From the human T2T-CHM13v2.0 reference genome, Homo sapiens: a stretch of 64,000 bases of DNA. The translations under genes and the position numbers were made by a program. Position 1 is the stretch's first letter; every line of letters starts with the position of its first letter. The notes under the pieces are model-generated. The model saw only the letters and a list, made by a program, of their open reading frames with translations. It was not told the origin of the DNA and did not search any database. The DNA lies in assembly GCF_009914755.1 (NCBI RefSeq), contig NC_060929.1. The stretch is one strand, 5' to 3'. Shown here piece by piece: positions 1 to 13,689 of this stretch.

Positions 1-379
1 AATCTAAGTGGCCATTTAAACCTCAGTGAGGTCAACTTGATCCTAGCTGAGACACAGTCACCATTAATTGTTACATTAATTCACCAACTCAGCTCTCATG
101 TATCTATTTTCTCCACTGTGGGTGAGAAATTATGAGTACTTATCCTCATTTTTTTCTAAAATATACAAAACACAGTAACAATCTATGTTCTAAGCACTCA
201 CAATGCAGGAAATTTTTCTAAAGCTTTAGGAGACTGATGGAGCCCTACAGCTGTTTATCAAAACCCCATCTCCAAATTACACAGCAGAAAAAGGTTGTCT
301 GATAGATTAGAAACCGTACCTTTGCCCTCTGTGGCTAAACCCCAAACTTTTCCCAAGCCTCTCTATCTTAGCTTCCATG

Positions 380-530
380 TTCAGTCAGTCAGTCAACCTG
401 TGAATAACACTTACTGAAACTCCACTGGGTGTTGGAGATAGGGCACAAAGAAAATAGAGGCTTCAGCTCCCATCCCTGAGAACATTACAATCAATTTCGG
501 GAAGTGGAAGATACACTCATGATGGAAATG
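380..530 (-). mobile_element. L2 LINE 3' fragment
   Basis: Degenerate reverse L2 tail (cagtcagtcaac...acttactgaa...gttggagata...ccctgagaacattacaatc). Confidence 0.55.
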
Positions 531-659
531 TAAGATCACTTTAAGCAATGTGCAAACATATTCAAATGCATGTGGGTCAATGTGACCACAAAAGGAGAAA
601 TGTCATGTAACTTTTACCATGGGACAGCACAGCTGACTGCAGGAGACTGCTGTGGGCAT

Positions 660-930
660 TCAGTCTGCACCAGGAGTTCTAGTCTTTGTTTTGCTCTGAC
701 ACTGTGAACTTGAGCTTGCCACTGAATATTTCTGGAATTCCACTTCTTCTCTGTAAAATGAAGCAGTTGGTCAAGACGAGTGATTTTTCAAACTCTGCAA
801 AGCTGAAAACCACTATTTTTTCTCCTCCTAGATGAACCATAATAAAAGTTTGAATTAAGGCGCCCTCTATTTCCCCTCAGAAGTCCCTTAGGCTGTGCAT
901 GAAAGTATCTCTAAGATACTTTCTTACATT
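660..930 (+). mobile_element. MIR/MIR3 SINE fragments
   Basis: Core motif ttctctgtaaaatgaagcagttgg and tail-like tctctaagatactttc...gattctgtga. Confidence 0.5.
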
Positions 931-1139
931 AATATGTGATGATTCTGTGAATCCCAGAGCATGGGCAGCTTAATGTAGGAAACAGATTTTAGTTCTTTCG
1001 AGATTTGAATTCAACTCAATTTATAAATCAATAGTACTATAGTAGAAGTAGAGACATTATATCTTTCTACTGTAGAAGATGTGAGATCAATAACCCATTA
1101 GACAAGCAATCTGGGTCATTCTTAACCCAGATTTATAAT

Positions 1140-1240
1140 ATTCATAAACATTTACTGAGCATCTTCTACATGCCAAGCATTATATATATACTGGGTGCTG
1201 GGATTTAAATCCCTGGAGGAGTACTCAATCTAATAGGTTT
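1140..1240 (-). mobile_element. L2 3' fragment
   Basis: aaacatttactgagcatcttctacatgccaagcat matches reverse L2 tail. Confidence 0.6.
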
Positions 1241-1919
1241 TAGACCAGAAAATGTTCTTTATTTTGAGAAGCCCCAAAGAAGGCAGAGTGTTCTCAATGA
1301 CAGCTTTTAAGCCATGGGTTATTTATTTTATCTAAATGGAACTACTCTGGATGGATTGAACATGTACAACACAGCCTAAGGAAGATCTGTTCAATCTGTC
1401 CCAGCATGGAGAGACTGGTGGAGTCCTGCCTCCACGCCTGGGACGCATTATGTGTACTTCATCATTTAGAGACAGAAGGCAGATGGAAAATGCTCTATAT
1501 GAACAAGCTTCGCTGGTTATTTTATCCTGAAACATGGCTCAACAAGGAAAACACTCTGTTGCTACCACCCTAACCACTCCCAAATCCACTTGTTACTCCT
1601 GCATGTTAATCTACTGGAAGATTAAAAAATGGGCCACAAAATAGCCATCGCCTGGAGGACCAGGAGTTCGGACATGTTTTATGAGGGTTCTTGCCTGTAG
1701 AACCCAAAACCTCTTGTTCGTTAATGGTTAAATTAAATCTTGCTATGTCTCAGGACTAGGGAAATATGGCTGTTGACTCAATGAGAATCTTACAAGATCA
1801 AACATCAAATTCTAACACTTATAACAAGAAGAAAAATGAATATGTACATTTTTGAAGCATTGCAATGAAAATGATCTTCAGAGAATAGATAACAATGCAT
1901 AATATGAAAGGAAGCTCTT

Positions 1920-2155
1920 TTTATAAGTATACTGTTATATATATTTATGTTTGTTATATGTATTTTTTAAATATATGTATGTATTAAATTGTATATTTAT
2001 ATACACACTTTTAAATATAAATAAATCAATCTATGTATAAGCATTATATATTCTTTTTTATAATAATATATTTGCATTATATAATGTTATATATACTACA
2101 TGTAATAATATAATATATGTATATATTATTTATATTTTTATATAATCGTAATATA
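1920..2155. repeat. AT-rich low-complexity (TA-rich) tract
   Basis: Nearly pure A/T with degenerate (TA)n units. Confidence 0.85.
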
Positions 2156-2459
2156 GAAGGAGCTCTTTAAATATCTTTCTTTGGTTGGCACAGAGATCAC
2201 TTTGAAGCTGAACATACATAAAGTTATTCACATAACCAGGTTAACTCCTCCAGGCTATGAGAAGTCCTACCTAGTGTTTTGTGCACACCTACCATAATAC
2301 AATTGCAAGTACCATCCTCTTGCTAAGTAATGAATTCTGGGAAGTAGAGTATATAGTGATATATATATCAGTATCTATGTGTATATATATATATATATAT
2401 AAAATTGTATACACAGCCCATAGGTCAGTGTCTTTTTATCACTAGCCATTGACAAAAGT

Positions 2460-2880
2460 TTATTTATTTTAATAAAACATTTCTTCTTGTAGAAAATTTC
2501 AAATGCATACAAAGGTAGAGACAATAAGATAATAAACTCCCAATACCATTATCTAACTTCACCAATTATCAACCAAAAGCCACATTTATTTCATTTATAT
2601 GCCTACCTACTTTCTTTTGGAGCAAACTATAACATTACATCATTTCATTCTTAAATATTTTGGTGTATATCTCTAAAAGATAATAAATCTTTAAAAAAAA
2701 AACCCTGAGACCATTATCACACTTAAAAAATGAGTTAACAGTAATTCCTCACATCAAATATCCAGGCAGTTTTCAAATTTTCCACATTGTCTTATAATTT
2801 TTACATGATTTTTATTCCAATTAGCTTTAAGTAAGTGCTTGGCAGTTGACTGATATGTCTCTGAAGTCCCTTTTCAACTG
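2460..2880 (-). mobile_element. Old L1 3' end (L1MC5-like)
   Basis: gaaaatttcaaatgcatacaaaggtagag...catttcattcttaaatattttggtgtatatctctaaaagataa...ccattatcacacttaaaaaa matches recalled L1MC5 3' UTR. Confidence 0.75.
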
Positions 2881-2887
2881 CAGTAGA

Positions 2888-3165
2888 AGCAGCCAATAAG
2901 GATATAATGTGAGCCACCCATGTAATACTAAATTGTCTAATAGCCACATTTTAAGTGTTAAAAATGGCAAAATTCATTTTAATAATATATTTTATTTAAC
3001 CCAATATATGAAAAATATTATTTCAACATGAAACCTATATAAAAATTATCACTTTTTTTGTATTGTCTTGAAAGTTGGTATATACTTTGTACTTACAGTA
3101 TATCTCAATTCATACTAGCTGTATTTCAGGTGCTCATGTACCTAGTGGCTACCTATTGGATAGTA
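2888..3165. mobile_element. MER33-like hAT-Charlie DNA transposon
   Basis: ataatgtgagccacccatgtaat...tagccacatt...aataatatattttatttaacccaatatat...tagtggctacctattggatag. Confidence 0.8.
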
Positions 3166-3679
3166 TGAATTGTAGGTTCCCTCTCCAAGGCCTAAGTTTT
3201 TAGTAATCAAAAAACAAAGTAGCATAGGAACAATTTTTATGTAACTCTTTCTTACAAAGTGATAAGAAGATTCCCAACAGTATGACATATGCATGTTTTG
3301 GCCTGTGCATCCCCAAATATTGAGACACGCTCGTGTGCCCATAGTTTATTTGGGAATATGATCTTTCAGAACAGGAGTACGTGGCAGGTGGCAGGAGAGT
3401 AAAACATGAAAGGAGCGAAAACTTGTTCAAAATTATGTTGTAGAGTTGGCCTCTGCTACAGGATACTGTGATTTATTCTACTGGGGCCTTCTGGTCACCT
3501 GCGGGCAAACAGTAAAGCTTGTCTACAATGGCTCCCACCTCCCAGTGCCAGAAGATGGCCTCTTGGGTATTATAGCCCTCATGTTTCTAGAAGTAAATGT
3601 GTGAGTGAGTGTCCAACAGTTCTGTGGAATGGAAAAGCCCAAGAGAGGAAGCAAGAGGTATCTGACTGGGCCAGAGAAA

Positions 3680-3801
3680 AAGTGCGGGCGGAAGGAGAGG
3701 AAGGGGGTGTGCTGCTGACCTGTTCTAGCTGTGCTGTTGTGAGCAAAGCCTGCAGGGCACAGACCACCCACTGCAGCAGTGGCTAGAATTAAAAAGTAAG
3801 G
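3680..3801 (+). promoter_or_regulatory. Candidate non-CpG-island promoter / first exon
   Basis: GC box GGGCGG at 3686-3691 followed by a donor AAA|GTAAGG (GT at 3796) in unique, locally GC-richer sequence. Confidence 0.3.
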
Positions 3802-3860
3802 CCGAGAGGTTTCTGGTGTTCATGAGGATGCACTTGCAACTTGAAAGTAAATATATGTTA

Positions 3861-4075
<215 letters not shown>

Positions 4076-7000
4076 TGTTTTATAAAAGAAGGCAGCATCA
4101 GAAGAGGCAGGAAGAGACTGTACTGAAAATATTACTCCAGCTAAACTCCCGTATATGCTACTGTTTTTTAAAGCCACGTAACTCTTCAAATACAATCAAC
4201 AATATTTGAAATACCAATCAGAATATGTAATGTTCTGGTTTTCATGTGCTTATCTTTATTATATTATTTTATCTTTCTGGAATTAATCAGGTTTTCACAA
4301 TATGGACAATAACCAATCAATTCCTAGACATCATATGTACTTAATAAGCAATATATTTCTGCCACTTATAGTTGATATAATTTTGTGAAATTGTTTAATC
4401 AGAGCTGGAAAAGACCTTAGAAAGAAGTGATACGTCAAACCAATGCCACTAAGTGATGTAAAAGTTCCCTTGAGAGCCTTCCTTAGAAATGGTCCTTCAA
4501 TGTGTGCTGCTACCAGAGAATCAATGTGAAATACCTAGCTTAGTTTTGAGCATCTGCCTGAGTACTACTGCCTGAGTACTTCCAGTTGTCATAAAGCTAG
4601 GCTGTTTATCCACCCTCCACTAGTTACATGCTGCTGTCTAAAGCATGACATACTTTAGTCTGAAAATGTTCAGTTCAAGGATGCTATGTTCCGCAACATA
4701 CCTTTTACCAATTCTGCATAGTAAAAAGTTTATGGTCCTATGTATCTGCCTGGTCACCATACTATACCAGATAAGTCATCTGTAAGAGTGAGTTTTACTG
4801 TGCCTCGAAATGTCTGTGATGGTTATAAAAGTAATTGTGTTTATGAATGCTGCACACATTATGGGATCTTATTTTCTTTACATATCAAAGTCTGATTCTT
4901 GTTGAGTGGCTGAATAAAAATATTACTGCACTGGGACAAAAATGATTAATCTGGAAATGTGAATGGACTTGGCCATTCTTCTAGCATCCCAAAGATCATT
5001 CCGCAATTTCTAACCAATTCCTCGTCTACACCCTTCCTGAAGGGAATAGATAATTTATAGTGAAGAGAAGCTAAGTTTATCTACATAATAAAGGGCTAAG
5101 AGAAATCCTGTGGAGGAAGGAAAGGAGGGAAGAAAGCCCTGTAGGGTAGGAGAGGAAGAAAAGTATTGTTTTGGGAGTTGGGGGTAAGGAGATAACAGAG
5201 AGGATCTGACTGCTGGGATATGTGAAGGAAATGGAGAAGAGGGAAAGATGTCAACATCGCTGTGGACTGAGGAGTGGACTCCCCTTTAATGTTCTTTATG
5301 GGAAATTGTAAAGAAATGTCTTTTTAATTAATGTTGGTCTTTGAACTGTTCTTAATTGCTCTGTGAATATTTGTGTTTCTGGGGGTTATACTACTCTCCT
5401 CCAAATGAAGCCCAAGTTCAATGAGATATTAACCAAGTAAGTGAAGGTAGCCCATTGCTGATTTATTGGCCTCATATCTTATTTTTCATGTTTGTATTAG
5501 CTGCTTTTTCTCAGAGCTGCATTTAAAAAAAAAAAACAAAACACCTTTCTTGGCTTAGCTTTTGAAACATTTATTCTGATTGCAGCAGCTATTGTGGTTA
5601 AGTTGCCACTGCATTGAGTTGTTTCATTTTATTCACCAGACCCATATTGAGTGCCAACCATATGTCAGGCTCAGTGCTAAGACTGACAGGAACCTATAAT
5701 CCATGATCAGAGCTTGCATGGAAAGCAAGTGATGGTACTGGAGTATGCTCCAGGGCACCTGAGCAGGAATGTTTAAAAATGCATATATGTTAATAGTGTT
5801 CACAGTACTGCAAGCCATGATCTTAGGAATCTTATTATGCTTGTTATTGCCAAGTCAGAGTACCCACCAAGAAATTTCAACACTTTGGGTAGTTATACAC
5901 AAAGGTGGATGAAAAGTGAAAAATTCAGTCACTCGTCCAGATCTATTGCTAATATTATGAAATTTCTTGGCAACTGTCTGATTTCCTTTGCTTTCATCTT
6001 GAAGTTTGGCCTCATGGAGCCATATGTTGAGTGTAAGCATGTTCAGGAATGCATATCCTCAGCTTCAAGGACATTTTCATTTGATTGGAGGTGATAACAC
6101 AACTGGAATTGAGTTATGGCACTGGATGCATCCCTCCCATTCCAGTAAAAATGATTGGAGGATGTTCAACACCTGAAATTAACCAGATCTTCAAGTTATA
6201 CATCTCATCATTAAATTTATCACTGCAGAACCTGAATTTTCCTGACATGGAAAGCTTTTTTTAAATAAATGCTTAGAGCTGGGAAGATGCCCAGCACATT
6301 AATCCTTGAACCATACAAAGGGAATCATTTTGTAAATGGAAATAAGTCCTTTAATATAAACTGGGCGACCATTCAATCACTAAGCCTTGCTTTGCAGTAT
6401 CCTATTTAACCCACTGAGTGTTCTGTTCTTTTCCATTCATCTAGCTTGAGCCACAAATATGTTGCTTCTCGTTTTGCCCTCGGATATTTTTTTTCTTATC
6501 ATGACTTAGAGGCAGCCAGAAGAATAGTATCAGTGCCTAGAAATGAATTATGAATCACTCAGTAGTTTCAAAATCCAAAGGGATAAGAAAAGTCATAATC
6601 CCAAATATACCAGTCATTCTTCTTTACTTCACTTTTTGCAAGAAAAATGTTATAATTTGAAAACTTGCTACAAATTTTTCTTGTTGAAGTCAGAGACATG
6701 GATATTCTGGAAAGAAGATGTAAGAGTAAAAACGTGAGAGAGACCAACAAGCAAGTGTGTTAAATGCATCTTCATTATGTACGATTTTTGTGCCCAATGG
6801 ATGAGTCAGGATGTCAAGACAAGGAAGTTTGGATACGTCGCTTTACCTTCAAAGTGTAGTTTGCTGCTTTCTGCCAAATGAAACGTAAATAGAAAGTCAA
6901 AGTGATCTTTTTCTGCTGTGAGTCAGATGTCTAAAGGCCCGTTCAGGAATGAAGGCTGGTCCATGCAGAGGTGACCTGACGATCTGACAGAAAGGTGCTT

Positions 7001-7262
7001 CTGTATTTGAGAGGCTCGGGCTAAGCCAAAAATAAAAGCAGTGGTCTCTGGGGGCTCCCCTCATATTCCAAGGTAAACTAAATAAATTAAATAAATGGTA
7101 AGTCAGCATTAACATTCAAAATTTGTGACAGGTAAAAAGGAATCATTCAGAAAGAAACATGGTCACACTTTGTATCAGATTCAAAGCAGAGATTCTGACC
7201 CAGTATAAGCAAGAGTTTGTGTCTTTTTACTTACAATACTGTGACGGTGACTTATAAAGGTC

Positions 7263-7264
<2 letters not shown>

Positions 7265-7298
<34 letters not shown>
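7265..7298. repeat. (TG)n microsatellite
   Basis: About 17 perfect TG units. Confidence 0.98.
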
Positions 7299-7300
<2 letters not shown>

Positions 7301-7549
7301 CAGTGTCTTTCTATTGTGTATGCAGAAACATGCAAAGAACTCTACAGCCTCATTAACAAATACTAGATTTGAGAGGCTAAGTATTTTATGGGATGTTCCC
7401 ACTCGTACACTTCATTAGTAAAGATTTGTTAGTAAAGGCGATCTCAAAAGGTCTGGTTATTCCTAATTTCCCTAGTCCCTAACTCAAAGTCCATATTTTC
7501 ATTTCACAAACTGGATAACATTTAATTGCTTCAGGTCCTTTTAAGTAGC

Positions 7550-8303
7550 TGTACCAAAGACCATTGTTTGCCTACCCCCCAGTATCCATTCACCACCCCC
7601 CCCCCCTTATTTTTTAGCAGTAGAACCCTGATTTCTAACTAGGATTCCCATATTTAGCAAATAAAAATACAGATTGCTAAATTAAATTTAACTTTCTGTA
7701 AAACAACAAATCAATTTTTAGCATAAGTATGTCCCAAGTATTTTATAAGTATGCATAAGTATGTCCCAAGTATTGTATAAGTATTGTATAGTATAAGTAT
7801 GTCCCAAGTATGCCTAGTTAAATTTGAATTTCAGATAAGCAACAAATAATTTTTAGTCTACATATTTCCCAAATATTTCATACTTAAGCAAAAAAGTATT
7901 TATCTGAAAACCAAGTTTAACTGGGCATTTATTATTTTATCATGCAACCCCCTTAACTGCTCAATCCCCTTAACTAAGTTGCTACCCAACTTAGACTACA
8001 TTTCCAAGGCTCAGACCATGGTGTGACAATGTGACCAAGCTCCTGTCAATGAGGTGGAAGCTTATGTTGAGTGGTGTTCCCAGGAGGTCTCCTAACCAGA
8101 AAGGAGGTCTACCAGAGCTCAGTCATGAACAAGGCTCTGATAGAGACAGAAAGAAGTGGGGTCCCTGGCAACATCGTGTTGCTGACGTAGCAGCACTGAG
8201 CTGCCTCCCTGCAAATTCCCTTGAGAGCTATATAAACTCCTGCTTTATTTAAATAATCACCATTTCTTCTGTTACATTCAGTTGAGCCCAATTCTAACTT
8301 ATA
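7550..8303. mobile_element. Old ERVL/MaLR-type LTR (MLT1/LTR16-LTR33-like) interrupted by MER53
   Basis: gcctaccccc..tatccattc..agaaccctgattt on the left; agactacatttcc...gtgaccaagctcctgtcaatgag...ctgttacattcagttgagcccaattctaact on the right. Confidence 0.6.
7640..7952. mobile_element. MER53 palindromic hAT MITE with internal duplications
   Basis: tttagcaaataaaaatacag, agttaaatttgaatttcagataa, ataagtatgtcccaa, tatctgaaa..tttaactggg..gcaaccc. Confidence 0.85.
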
Positions 8304-9314
8304 GAGGCTTACCTTCTTAGGGATTTGTGAACACAGCAAAACCAAGATCTGTGAACAGGGAGGTCTGTGGAAAGTAGAACATGTGAAACAGTGTGAACAT
8401 TCACAGTTACGTAGATTCTCATAGTCTCGCTGACTGTCTCTCACACACATTCAGATTTCCCTACTTTTCTAAAGCCCTGGGTCTTCTAATTTCCTGCCCC
8501 GTCTTCTTCCTGACAGTGCTCAAAAGTTAACTCTAGTAATTCAGAAAAAGAAACAAAACAAGCAAACAAACAAACAAAAAACCCAAGGGCCATCCTTAGA
8601 GGACTGGAGCATAAAGCTAAATTGGGTTTAACAGTTCCATTGAAGAGGTTGGGTGGCGTGGCCATTTTCAACACAAATAATTTGTGGATACTTTTTCAGT
8701 GCGCTGTCAGGTGGCAGGAATTAAGGTCCTAGATTACAGTAATTTAATACTTTGGAGGATCTTTGGCTTTGGAGAAAAAAATGTAAAAATGAATTCCTAA
8801 TAACATGTTACCTTGTATAAAAAGGAATAGATCAATATATCATCCCTTGAAATTTTCCCAGGTCAGAATACTTATATATAAAATTCTGTTCCAAAAATGC
8901 AATGTTGATTTTTTTTTTCAGTGCTTAAGATTTGCCAACTTCAACATTTTTCTTGGTACCATGAAAAATGTTGCCACTGGCAGGCATTCTATGGAGGTAG
9001 GAAAGCAAAAATAGTGTTAAACAGTGGGACTGTGAGAACAGGAGTCTGTACATTTTCATTAACATGTCATTCAGAATCCTGATTAGGAGATCTATTTTTA
9101 ATTCCTTAAGGGGACAGAAATATATAGAAAGCAGATGAACAGAAAAAAAAATACAACCTTCAAATGTAACAAATAAAAGTAAAACTAAGGCAAAGATAAG
9201 ATATGAAAAAGGCTAAACACGATTAGTTTTGTCATAATAAAGACACAACCACCACTAGTAGATTTTTGCAAAGGCTAAAAATTTCAGAATCTGGTTAGAA
9301 TGTGGAAGTTATCT

Positions 9315-9742
9315 AAACGGGATTGATTAGTATCTCCCCAAAATGCAGAATTCAACCTATTTGGAAATAGGTTCTTTGCAAATGAAATTAGTGTTGAAGG
9401 CATACTGCATTAGATGGGCCCCAAATTCAATGATTACTGTGTTTATAAGAAGAGGAGAGGACATGCAGAAAGACCATGCAGAAAGAAGGCTACATGGCAA
9501 CACAGTCAGAGATGAGAGTGATGCAGCTACATGCCAAGGAATGCCAAGGACTGCTGGCAACCAGCAGAAACTAGGAGAGAGGTTTAGACCAGAGTCTTCC
9601 TCAGAGCCTCCAGAAGAAACCAACTCTGCTGACACATTGATTTTGGACCTCTAGCCTCTAGAGCTGTGAGAAAATTAATTTCTGTTATAGTAAGCTACCC
9701 AGTTTGTGGTACTTTTGTTACGGCCCCTAGGAAACTAATACA
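9315..9742 (+). mobile_element. MLT1B-like MaLR solo LTR
   Basis: tatttggaaatagg..tttgca; gccaaggaatgccaagga..gctggcaacca; ctgtgagaaaattaatttctgtt...ctaggaaactaataca terminus. Confidence 0.9.
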
Positions 9743-11099
9743 TCACCCAATGCCCCTTGCCTCTGAAAGCAAGGCATTATATACATGTTCAAAAGATATC
9801 ACTGGATCCCAGGTCACCCAGAACATTCCAGTGCTTATTTTTCAACTCCTCAGATCCCGACCAATGGATGCTATTGACAAGCAAATATTTTTGCAGGATC
9901 TTTATTTATTTGAAAGCCTTTATTCTGCCTGCCAAGTTGGAAAGACCATTCAATTATGTCTTTTGTTGAAAGCTTAGTTGTTTATATTTTGTGGCTTCAT
10001 TGGCTTCTTTATTTTCAAAAGAAGAGAAAGCAAAATCAAAGGAAATGAAGCAAAGTGAAGTTTTATCAGCACTTCAAGGTCTCTGAGCCTCTACAAATCT
10101 ACAAACACAATAGCATCATCAGTGTGTCTCATATATTCTAGGTCTGTGAAGTCAGGTATATAATATGGAAGGTTTGCAAATGGTCTGCCCTTCCACCATT
10201 ACCTAACTAAGAGTGCATTTAGTATTTCTTCTTCATCATATTGACAGTCCACTCAAAACAAAATAGAACTGTATTATTTTCCCTGACCAAAACCAGGACT
10301 GTGAGCCTATGCCTCTTATAAACACTGAGGGTCCCTTTGAGAAGTGTTACTCAGCCCTTCTTCAAATCAACACGCATTAAGAAAATGAGCATTATAAAGC
10401 ATAATGCAGTAAATCGGAAGAAGAAGGGGACATGAGGAAACTTATTTGCAACTTGGTGGAAAGACATATCACATTTTGTGTACTATATAAAAATGGCAAG
10501 CGATAAAATACAAAATGTTAAGGAAGGTATTAAATAATGATTGCATAAATATTCTGAATAATTTTTTCAAACTACTGAATTCAGGAAGTTTTCAGGGGAA
10601 GCTGGATAAATATTATTCATTATAATTCCAACATTGTACGTTTTTAGATGTTTTTAAAAATTGGTCTTAGGACTTTTAACATCAAGAGTTTATTGAAAAC
10701 TATCTTGGGGGAAACTCTAGAAAGAGGATGGCAGTGGCTACGAAGGTTTTAAATCTCTCTAAATACATAAAAACAGAGCAGCTAGAGAGCAAAATCACAG
10801 AAACCTGCGGCGGACTCTCACAACACAACTATGCAACAAGGCATCCCCAAAAGCTATAAAATGCAATTGGAAGACACAATACACGCTAATAGTCATAAGA
10901 CCTGCATGATCTCAAAATCCATGCAGGAGATGGCAGAAGGGACCGGGGGTGATGGACAGACTTGAGAACATGAGAATTTCAAATGTTCTTTTTATCATGA
11001 CACTCCCTCTCATAACTTGTTGCTTCATGCTGCATTTGCTGAATCTTTCCAAGCCTCTGTCATAGATTTAACCTACCTCCCTCAAATGTTACCAAAGAG

Positions 11100-11765
11100 A
11101 CAGACTTGAGTCTGATCAGTCCTCATGATCCAGTTGCCAGTTTGCAGGAAAAGTGGAGAATAGAGAAACATGTTGTATGAAACCATAAATACGCAGTCAA
11201 CAAAATCCTGACTGTGGGAAACTGTAAAAGTCAAACGCTCTAGTTCCTCCACAGAAATACTGAAAGAAAAGAAAGAGAGGGAGAAAGTGTAGATTTAAAA
11301 AGATTTAAAATACACATGAAATTTTTTTAAATGGGTGAGTCTACACGATAATGTTTAGGAATGCACACTCGCGTGATAAAAAAAAGATTTAAAAAAAAAG
11401 CAAGGATGTGATTTACTTTCGAAGGGTAAGGAAGAAGCTGCCATTGAGCTAGAATACACAGAAAGGTCTAATAGAGAGGCTCGGCGGGGCGCGGTGGCTA
11501 ACGCCTGTAGTCCCAGCACTTTGAGAGGCGGAGGCGGGCAGATCACCTGAGGTCAGGAGCTTGGGACCAGCCTGAGAAACATGGAGAAACCCCGTCTCTA
11601 CTAAAAATACAAAATTAGCCAAGTGTGGTGGTGCGTGCCTGTAATCCCAGCTACTCGGGAAGCTGAGGCAGGAGAATCGCTTGAACCCGGGAAGCCGGTT
11701 GCAGTGAGCCGAGATCGCACCGTTGCACTCCAGCCTGGGCAACGGAGCAAACCTCGTCTCAAAAA

Positions 11766-11804
<39 letters not shown>

Positions 11805-12270
11805 ATAGGCTGACTCTATTTTTGATGTTTGCCTGCTGATGACTTTCAAGTCTCCCTGGCCCCTGCTCCCCATTCTGCCCCACATTTGGACAAGCCAGTA
11901 AGAGAGCCCACAAGCTCTTCCTTTGCCACCAGCAGGAAGTTCCAACTATGCATGCCATTTTCAGACCTGCTAGGATACCTACCTTGCTCTTGCCAGAAAG
12001 CCTCATTATATGAGTAATACATCTTTTCATACCCTCTTTATGTGTTTCATACCCAACATTAATCTCAGTATCCAGGCCAAATTTTGGGTAAAGAATCAAT
12101 TTGATCTCTGTAGCATGACCACAACAAGGCTTCTGGGGTGGCTGGCAAAACTCTACTTTTTTGACCTGTGTGGGTGCTTAAAAAGGTGTTTGCTTTATAA
12201 CTTAAGATGAATGTTTATCATGTATGTGATTTGCTGTCTCTTTATTTTATTTTGCAACAAAACAGATAAA
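11100..12270 (+). mobile_element. L1MC4-like 3' fragments split by Alu
   Basis: aaaatcctgactgtgggaaact, gatttaaaaagattta, gcttctggggtggctggcaaa..tttttgacctg. Confidence 0.55.
11483..11807 (+). mobile_element. AluSp/Sq with (TAAA)n tail
   Basis: Dimeric Alu; aacatggagaaaccccg diagnostic; tail of about 11 TAAA units. Confidence 0.95.
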
Positions 12271-12702
12271 AATAAAAGCAATAACAACAATGATTTCCTG
12301 TGGCAAATTTGTAACCCCTTGTGATACATCCATTAGAAATCTCAGACTTGGAATAACACACTTCTTAGAACCAAAGTACTAAGTAAGATAGTGCTGGTCC
12401 TTTAACCTGGCTTGCCACCGCATACGCTGGTTTCTGGACACTACCAAGAATAGGACTCTAATCTTGACCTACAGAGTATATTAGTCTGGGTCCTTCTGGA
12501 TAAAATCAATTCCCTACATGTCCCATGTCTTCAACTATAATTTCATGTTTTTCCTTTTGCATTTCATACAAAGATGACCATAACTTTTCGTGGATAACCT
12601 GAAGAAGTTACATAAGGGAACATTCTATGTATTCCTCCTGTTTTACATCTTCTTGGACACCAGTTCAAAGGGAGTCAAACAGTTAGCAAATTTGCTTCCT
12701 TC

Positions 12703-13114
<412 letters not shown>

Positions 13115-13289
13115 TAGATTTAGATAATACTGCATTTAAAGTGTCTGTATAAACTCAGGAGACTTGAACTAGTGAATTAAATAAAATGTAAGAGAACTGG
13201 TTGCTTTTATTTTATTTCATTTTTTGCACTTATGATATTCAATGAAATTGGCATGTAATTTTCTGTTCTTATATTTGTCTAGTTTGGGT

Positions 13290-13675
13290 ATTGCATAAGC
13301 TAGAATAACTAATATTAACTTCTGTAATATAGGAACCTCAAACCTTAGTGGCTTAATCTCATAAAAGTTTATCTCTCACTGATGCAAAAGCTAATCAGTT
13401 CTTCTTTGTTTAAGGGCATCATTCTATATGGCCATTCTGGGACACACTTCTTTTTATGTCTGTACCATCCACCAAGTCCTTGAAGTACTCTGCCACTTAC
13501 TCTGCATCCAGCTCTCAGAAAAGGCAAGAGAGACCGTGTAGAAGATACCATGGGAAGTTTCAAAAGTCCAGGCCTGGAAGTGGCATTGTACATTACAACC
13601 ACCCACGTTTCAATGGCAAAAACAAAGTCACATGACCACATCTACAGCAAAGGATATTGAATTGTGTAGATTGGT
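13290..13675. mobile_element. MLT1J/K-like MaLR LTR
   Basis: tagtggcttaa..aaagtttatctctcac; ggcctggaagtggca..acat...gtcacatgaccacatct. Confidence 0.7.
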
Positions 13676-13689
13676 TTGTGTAAGACTGG

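Noticed and set aside
8701-8720. CTCF-like motif ctgtcaggtggcag
   Set aside because: Only a partial match to the consensus; cannot be supported without ChIP data.
11449-12099. 216-aa ORF, the longest in the window
   Set aside because: Read-through of an antisense Alu and its (TTTA)n tail (FIYL repeats, typical Alu peptide).
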